Shown: positions 3,843 to 7,760 of the stretch, piece by piece | Numbering within the stretch: position 1 is the first letter of the stretch | Layout of the letters: each line of letters begins with the position of its first letter | Virus record (IMG/VR): IMGVR_UViG_3300045988_181512 | Span: 1-7,760 of that record | Source of the DNA: a virus | Direction: 5' to 3' (one strand) | DNA length: 7,760 nt | Made by a program: the position numbers and the translations under genes | The notes under the pieces: generated by a model | Database searches by the model: none | Told to the model about the DNA's origin: nothing | What the model saw: the letters and a program-made list of their open reading frames with translations, nothing else

Positions 3843-5352
3843 ATAACTGAACAACAGGAACGGACTCCATACCAATATTATCAAATTCAGGAATAGGTAA
3901 ATCCTCAACAGAAGTACAAAGTAATTGCGCTGGTTGGCCAGAGATATTGTAATCCAAAAGAGGCATAGCGTGATAAATACACATCAAAATACAATATTTA
4001 GAACCAGTAGAATAACGCATAGAACCAGTTCCGGTACCAACACCTTTACCATAAATAACGGCTTCACCATCTCCTTGCAAGTTGTTATTTACAACCTCTG
4101 AAATGTCAAGATTACGAGCAATTCCACCAATATACTGTGCCATGTGAGAATCAGAAGCAGGGACATTCACACCAAAATGTGCCTTAATCTGGTCACGATA
4201 ATTAGTATCAACAGACTGGGTAATTTCACGATATTTCTGCAAAGCTTCTGCTTGACGAAGAGCAAGAATATTAAACGAAGAAGAAACCGATGAATTATTA
4301 ACAAAAAAATTGGAACCAGCAGGAATAGGAGAAGAAGGAGCAGAAGAAAGCTTCACTAAAAAAGAAGAATTCGATCCAACCGACGCATAATTTTGAACAG
4401 TTAAACCAGAAGGACCAAGACGAACAGGAGTAGAATCAGTACGACCAGAAACATCTACAACAGCAATATCTCCAAACTGGGAATTGGGAAGAATTCCCAT
4501 GAACAAATCCTTATTCCAGTTACAATAACGAAGAGAAAAGAGATTATCACGTTTCCAATAATCGTTATTAATTCCAATAGAAGTAGAAATACTCGTACCA
4601 AAAATATTACCAGAACCAATATACCAATCAAAATTATAAGAAGTAGGATCTGCATTTTCCCATTGCGACCAGCGGAAAAAATCTTGATAAATTTTCTGAT
4701 AAGCAGCAAGAGGCAAGATATTTACAGCTAAATTATAATTGAATAGCTGGGAATAAGTTTGAGGAGACTCATCCAAAGGAGCGCTCATATTCCACCAACG
4801 ATAAGAAGCGCCACCAATAGACAACGATGGAGAAGTCGGAATAATATTACCGTAATTAAGCATGTGAAGCAACTTGTAATTAACATCACCACGATTATAT
4901 CCGAAAATATTAGCATAACTAGAGGAGACAGAAGGAGAAGTACCAGTACTAAATGAACCAGACGACAAAAATGTAGACCAACCTAAATCAGATAGATTAC
5001 ACCAAGGTAAATCACCTTTAACAGTAAGAGCATTTAATAAGTCCTTAGATTGAACCGGAGCAATTTCACCCATTTGAATAACAGAAGCATCGAAAGATTT
5101 CCAAATCAAATCAACAGGAACAGCATAAAAATCAAAATACTCACGAACACGAGTATAAGCAGCAGTCTGCACAGGACGAGTACGAGTAAAATACTGCAAA
5201 CTAATGTCGTAAGTACAACCGGGCAAGCCTAAATCCCAAAAGATAGGAAGAAGCTCACCACACTTAGCAGAAAACACATTTTTAGCTCCAATATCAAAAC
5301 CAGAACGATGCGGATGATTCTGGAGCTGTTTAAGACCTGTAAAATAAGCCAT
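3793..5352 (-). CDS. VP1: Major capsid protein, mirror copy and longer version (codons 1-508 authentic, 3829-5352); last ~11 codons (F-GQRYCNPKEA-stop) read into the opposite arm and are artefactual; true C-terminus missing
   Basis: Identical to the + copy for 473 aa, then continues PAQLLCTSVEDLPIPEFDNIGMESVPVVQLFNNKL through the spacer. Codon 509 straddles 3828/3827. The segment LPIPEFDNIGMESVP resembles the WPEF..LGEQ block that I recall lying well before the C-terminus of other microvirus capsids, so the gene appears truncated. Confidence 0.85.
   Translation of the reverse strand: MAYFTGLKQLQNHPHRSGFDIGAKNVFSAKCGELLPIFWDLGLPGCTYDISLQYFTRTRPVQTAAYTRVREYFDFYAVPVDLIWKSFDASVIQMGEIAPVQSKDLLNALTVKGDLPWCNLSDLGWSTFLSSGSFSTGTSPSVSSSYANIFGYNRGDVNYKLLHMLNYGNIIPTSPSLSIGGASYRWWNMSAPLDESPQTYSQLFNYNLAVNILPLAAYQKIYQDFFRWSQWENADPTSYNFDWYIGSGNIFGTSISTSIGINNDYWKRDNLFSLRYCNWNKDLFMGILPNSQFGDIAVVDVSGRTDSTPVRLGPSGLTVQNYASVGSNSSFLVKLSSAPSSPIPAGSNFFVNNSSVSSSFNILALRQAEALQKYREITQSVDTNYRDQIKAHFGVNVPASDSHMAQYIGGIARNLDISEVVNNNLQGDGEAVIYGKGVGTGTGSMRYSTGSKYCILMCIYHAMPLLDYNISGQPAQLLCTSVEDLPIPEFDNIGMESVPVVQLFNNKLFGQRYCNPKEA
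3828..3933 (-). other. Asymmetric 106-nt spacer between the arms; authentic continuation of the capsid gene on the - strand
   Basis: Mirror symmetry fails at 3828/3933 and again at 3833/3928. On the - strand the spacer extends the capsid ORF by 35 codons (PAQLLCTSVEDLPIPEFDNIGMESVPVVQLFNNKL). On the + strand it is A-rich and terminates the ORF after 4 codons. Confidence 0.8.
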
Positions 5353-5355
5353 AAA

Positions 5356-7026
5356 CTAAAAATTTAAATTAAACAATAAACCTGATATATCATTATAATT
5401 CTTATGTTTAACTTTCTGAAAAATCCGTTCCAAAACAGATTTTTTCAAAGAGGACAAGGTAGAATTTAAATCACGCCAAAAAAGCTTATCATCTTTAAGA
5501 GGACAAGAGAAATTAATAGTCCTTGAACTTAAAAAAGCCTGGGATTCAGGATGAACAGAAAGATAATCATAATAATCATTAATATATCTCAATTCCTTTC
5601 TAGACCAATAATCAAAAGAAACAGTAAACAATTTGAGTAAAGACTTCTTTAAATCATGGGATAAAACATATCTATCAAGATTCCAAAAACGAAAAGTACG
5701 ATTAACAGCAGAAAAAAACCTATAAATCTTACCAGTAACAGAGTCAGAATCAATCTGGTCAGTTTCCAAACGGATAAACTTAAAAATTAAAGAATCATAA
5801 TAAGAAACATTGTGATAACCAGCACGAACACCGTAATAATACTCCGCATAACGCCTAGAAAGCTGCCAAACAGAAAGATTCTCATCTATTGATATATATC
5901 CGTCACGTACGAGCCTATTGGATGCTGTGAACGCACCGAAAAATAAGTCAACACAGCCGTATGGATTCGCAAAAACAGGGTCAGAGATTCGGGGGAATAG
6001 CATACGTTCATACGACCGTGAAGGTTTGACTGTGACATACTCACCATTAATCGGGACACTAAATCCATCAATACATGAAGAGGCAACTGACTGTACTTCT
6101 GAAATGTCGGACGATTGACAAAAGAGGCTATTAACCGAAAGTCCTTTGGAGTGGTAGGATCTAGGCTTAATTTCTTTGTGTCGGTTAAAAAAATCTGGTA
6201 AATCGACAAAACTATTAATATACGACGCAACATAACCAGCAGCGGAACCTCTCGACAGTGAACAATCTGTAAGACCGTAGCTCCAACTCTTAGATACCAA
6301 CTCACATATAGACGAGGTGAGTTCGTCCAAGTTAAAGAATAATATACCGTGCCAATGCGGACGATATGTCCGGCCACCATACTCTGATACAAGGTAGTAA
6401 CATATTTTTTCATCGTATTTCTTTGCAATCAATTTACGTAAACGTTTAAAAAACAAATTCTGATCATAAGGATTCAAAACAAAAACCTCATTACGACATT
6501 CATCAATAGAAGGGAAAACAACACATTTGCGTACAAAATCATAACGACCGTTAGAAGCTACCAACAAATCACGTATTTCCTTACCAGAAAAAGTATGAAG
6601 AAACTGATAAGAAGACTCTGTTTCTGAAAAATCGCGAACACGACCGGAGTCGTGAACGCGAAAACAGCCAGAACGGGGTAAATAAGTAGCTGCTATTTGA
6701 TATTTAGAATCATCGTAGGGCAAATGTCTAGGGTCAGAATCGGACATATAAGCATCTATCTCACTTTCAGCATCACACCTTTCTACAACTTCAAAAGACA
6801 CACGAGGGACAAACTCATCAGAATAAGTAAGCGTAAAAAAGTAGGCATACTTAAAATGAGACGACATGTTAGATATTAAAGCACATTGGATATTAGAACG
6901 ATGAACAAGACATGAAGGACATGTACCACAACGAACAAACAAAGTTTCATGAGTGTATCTATTAGTCACCTTTCGAGGATGAAAACACTCTGTAGCTAAA
7001 TATTTTTCCCGTTCTTTCTCTGTCAT
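5356..7026 (-). CDS. VP4: Replication initiation protein, exact mirror duplicate of 735-2405 (artefactual second copy)
   Basis: Translation is identical to the + copy (track pair 729-2405 / 5356-7032). Confidence 0.9.
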   Translation of the reverse strand: MTEKEREKYLATECFHPRKVTNRYTHETLFVRCGTCPSCLVHRSNIQCALISNMSSHFKYAYFFTLTYSDEFVPRVSFEVVERCDAESEIDAYMSDSDPRHLPYDDSKYQIAATYLPRSGCFRVHDSGRVRDFSETESSYQFLHTFSGKEIRDLLVASNGRYDFVRKCVVFPSIDECRNEVFVLNPYDQNLFFKRLRKLIAKKYDEKICYYLVSEYGGRTYRPHWHGILFFNLDELTSSICELVSKSWSYGLTDCSLSRGSAAGYVASYINSFVDLPDFFNRHKEIKPRSYHSKGLSVNSLFCQSSDISEVQSVASSCIDGFSVPINGEYVTVKPSRSYERMLFPRISDPVFANPYGCVDLFFGAFTASNRLVRDGYISIDENLSVWQLSRRYAEYYYGVRAGYHNVSYYDSLIFKFIRLETDQIDSDSVTGKIYRFFSAVNRTFRFWNLDRYVLSHDLKKSLLKLFTVSFDYWSRKELRYINDYYDYLSVHPESQAFLSSRTINFSCPLKDDKLFWRDLNSTLSSLKKSVLERIFQKVKHKNYNDISGLLFNLNF

Positions 7027-7028
7027 AA

Positions 7029-7178
7029 TCAAATAGTCTTAGCGGATGAAACCAATACAGGCGAACCTTCAGACTCTTTTAAAGCCTGGTTAACAGTAGC
7101 CATAAGAGTAGACTCATTAGCAACATACACAACAGGGGTAGAACCTTGCTTCTGATAAGAAATCAAATACATTTCCAT
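7029..7178 (-). CDS. Hypothetical 49-aa protein, mirror duplicate of 583-732
   Basis: 7161-7180 is the exact reverse complement of 581-600. Same ORF by symmetry. Confidence 0.45.
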   Translation of the reverse strand: MEMYLISYQKQGSTPVVYVANESTLMATVNQALKESEGSPVLVSSAKTI

Positions 7179-7181
7179 AAC

Positions 7182-7388
7182 TTAAAAATTTTTAGGATTA
7201 ATATTAATTTTAGTAGAATCAATAGACGACGTAGAAGTCTGTTCAGTTTTCTGCGTCGAGTTTTGATTGTTCTTTAAAATAGACATAGAAACAGTACAAG
7301 ACTGTACAAACAAAGTGGTGATAACACCAATAATAAAAGTTGAAATTAATTTTACAATTTCAATCCATTGTTGAGGAGTAACTTTCAT
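7182..7388 (-). CDS. Small membrane protein 68 aa, mirror duplicate of 373-579
   Basis: Track pair 340-579 / 7182-7421 has identical translations. The ATG start maps to 7386-7388. Confidence 0.55.
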   Translation of the reverse strand: MKVTPQQWIEIVKLISTFIIGVITTLFVQSCTVSMSILKNNQNSTQKTEQTSTSSIDSTKININPKNF

Positions 7389-7711
7389 AATAAAACAAAT
7401 ATCAGTTAAACAACACTGCAATGATAGAAATAAAAATCATAATAACCAAATAAAATGATGTTTTTTTTGGAGTAAGTGTAATTTTTCAAAAGAAAGACAA
7501 GGGATAAGAGCTTTGAATAAGGTAAATTCAAAGCCCTCCGGGAAAAATTAAATAGGCTTTGCCAATGAAATGAACTAAGGGGCAGCGATGCCGAACCGTT
7601 CCGCCCTTTCGGGCGCAGGTATGTGCTATAATAATATAAAATAGTAAAAAGAATATACAAATAATAAATATAGCACAACACTTTAATAAGAACGAGGAGC
7701 ACAGCGCCTAT
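7389..7711 (-). promoter_or_regulatory. Mirror duplicate of the AT-rich non-coding region with hairpin island
   Basis: Reverse complement of 50-372. The hairpins are mirrored at 7602-7615 and 7529-7561. Confidence 0.5.
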
Positions 7712-7760
7712 CTGTCTCTTATACACATCTCCGAGCCCACGAGACGGAGCTACATCTCGT
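7712..7760 (-). other. Same Nextera i7-side adapter, reverse complement (read-through form)
   Basis: 7712-7760 reads CTGTCTCTTATACACATCT CCGAGCCCACGAGAC GGAGCTAC ATCTCGT. This is the classic Nextera read-through/trimming string followed by the index and the start of P7. It is the exact reverse complement of 1-49. Confidence 0.95.

Larger units (their letters stand above)
3828..7711 (-). other. Best single-copy representation of the partial Microviridae genome (read on the - strand)
   Basis: This is the right arm minus adapter, plus the spacer. It is the longest stretch that is collinear with one reading of the virus: non-coding region, 68-aa ORF, 49-aa ORF, Rep, then capsid codons 1-508. Confidence 0.8.
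3934..7760. repeat. Right arm of window-wide perfect inverted repeat
   Basis: Exact reverse complement of 1-3827 (see left arm). This arm is A-rich on the + strand, meaning it is the antisense view of the T-rich coding strand. Confidence 0.95.

Noticed and set aside
3660-3908. 82-aa ORF on the - strand spanning the centre
   Set aside because: It crosses the chimeric breakpoint at 3827/3828 and is antisense to the capsid gene on one side, so it exists only because of the artefactual join.
3934-7760. Reading the second arm as a real second gene set, as giant terminal inverted repeats of a mobile element, or as an invertible segment
   Set aside because: The arms are 100% identical over 3.8 kb and there are no flanking host or unique sequences. 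Identical sequencing adapters sit at both tips, and the junction truncates an essential capsid gene. All of this indicates a technical fold-back rather than biology.

Overview
This 7,760-nt window is not an ordinary genomic locus. It is a near-perfect reverse-complement palindrome in which position x pairs with 7761-x, and both ends carry the same Illumina Nextera i7-side adapter. Arms 1-3827 and 3934-7760 are exact inverted copies: every arm-internal ORF in the supplied track has an identical mirror partner, and the capsid pair is identical over the 473 codons inside the arms. A 106-nt asymmetric spacer (3828-3933) separates the arms. Only about 3.9 kb is therefore unique sequence. That sequence is a partial, T-rich, tightly packed Microviridae (ssDNA phage) genome. 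In one direction it carries a ~320-nt AT-rich non-coding region with a GC-rich hairpin island, then two small ORFs (a 68-aa membrane protein and a 49-aa ORF absent from the track). These are followed by a 556-aa HUH rolling-circle replication initiator (VP4-like) and a major capsid protein (VP1/F-like) that the fold-back junction cuts off. The Rep-then-capsid gene order, the capsid N-terminal motifs and the absence of Shine-Dalgarno sequences suggest an Alpavirinae-like, Bacteroidota-associated microvirus; this placement is from memory, not from a search. I find no support for a new multi-gene system. The strongest signal is technical: an inverted chimera plus untrimmed adapter. The biologically interesting leftovers are the small membrane ORF, two +1-frame overprinted ORFs, the hairpin island and the long Rep C-terminal region, and all of these are hypotheses that need testing.
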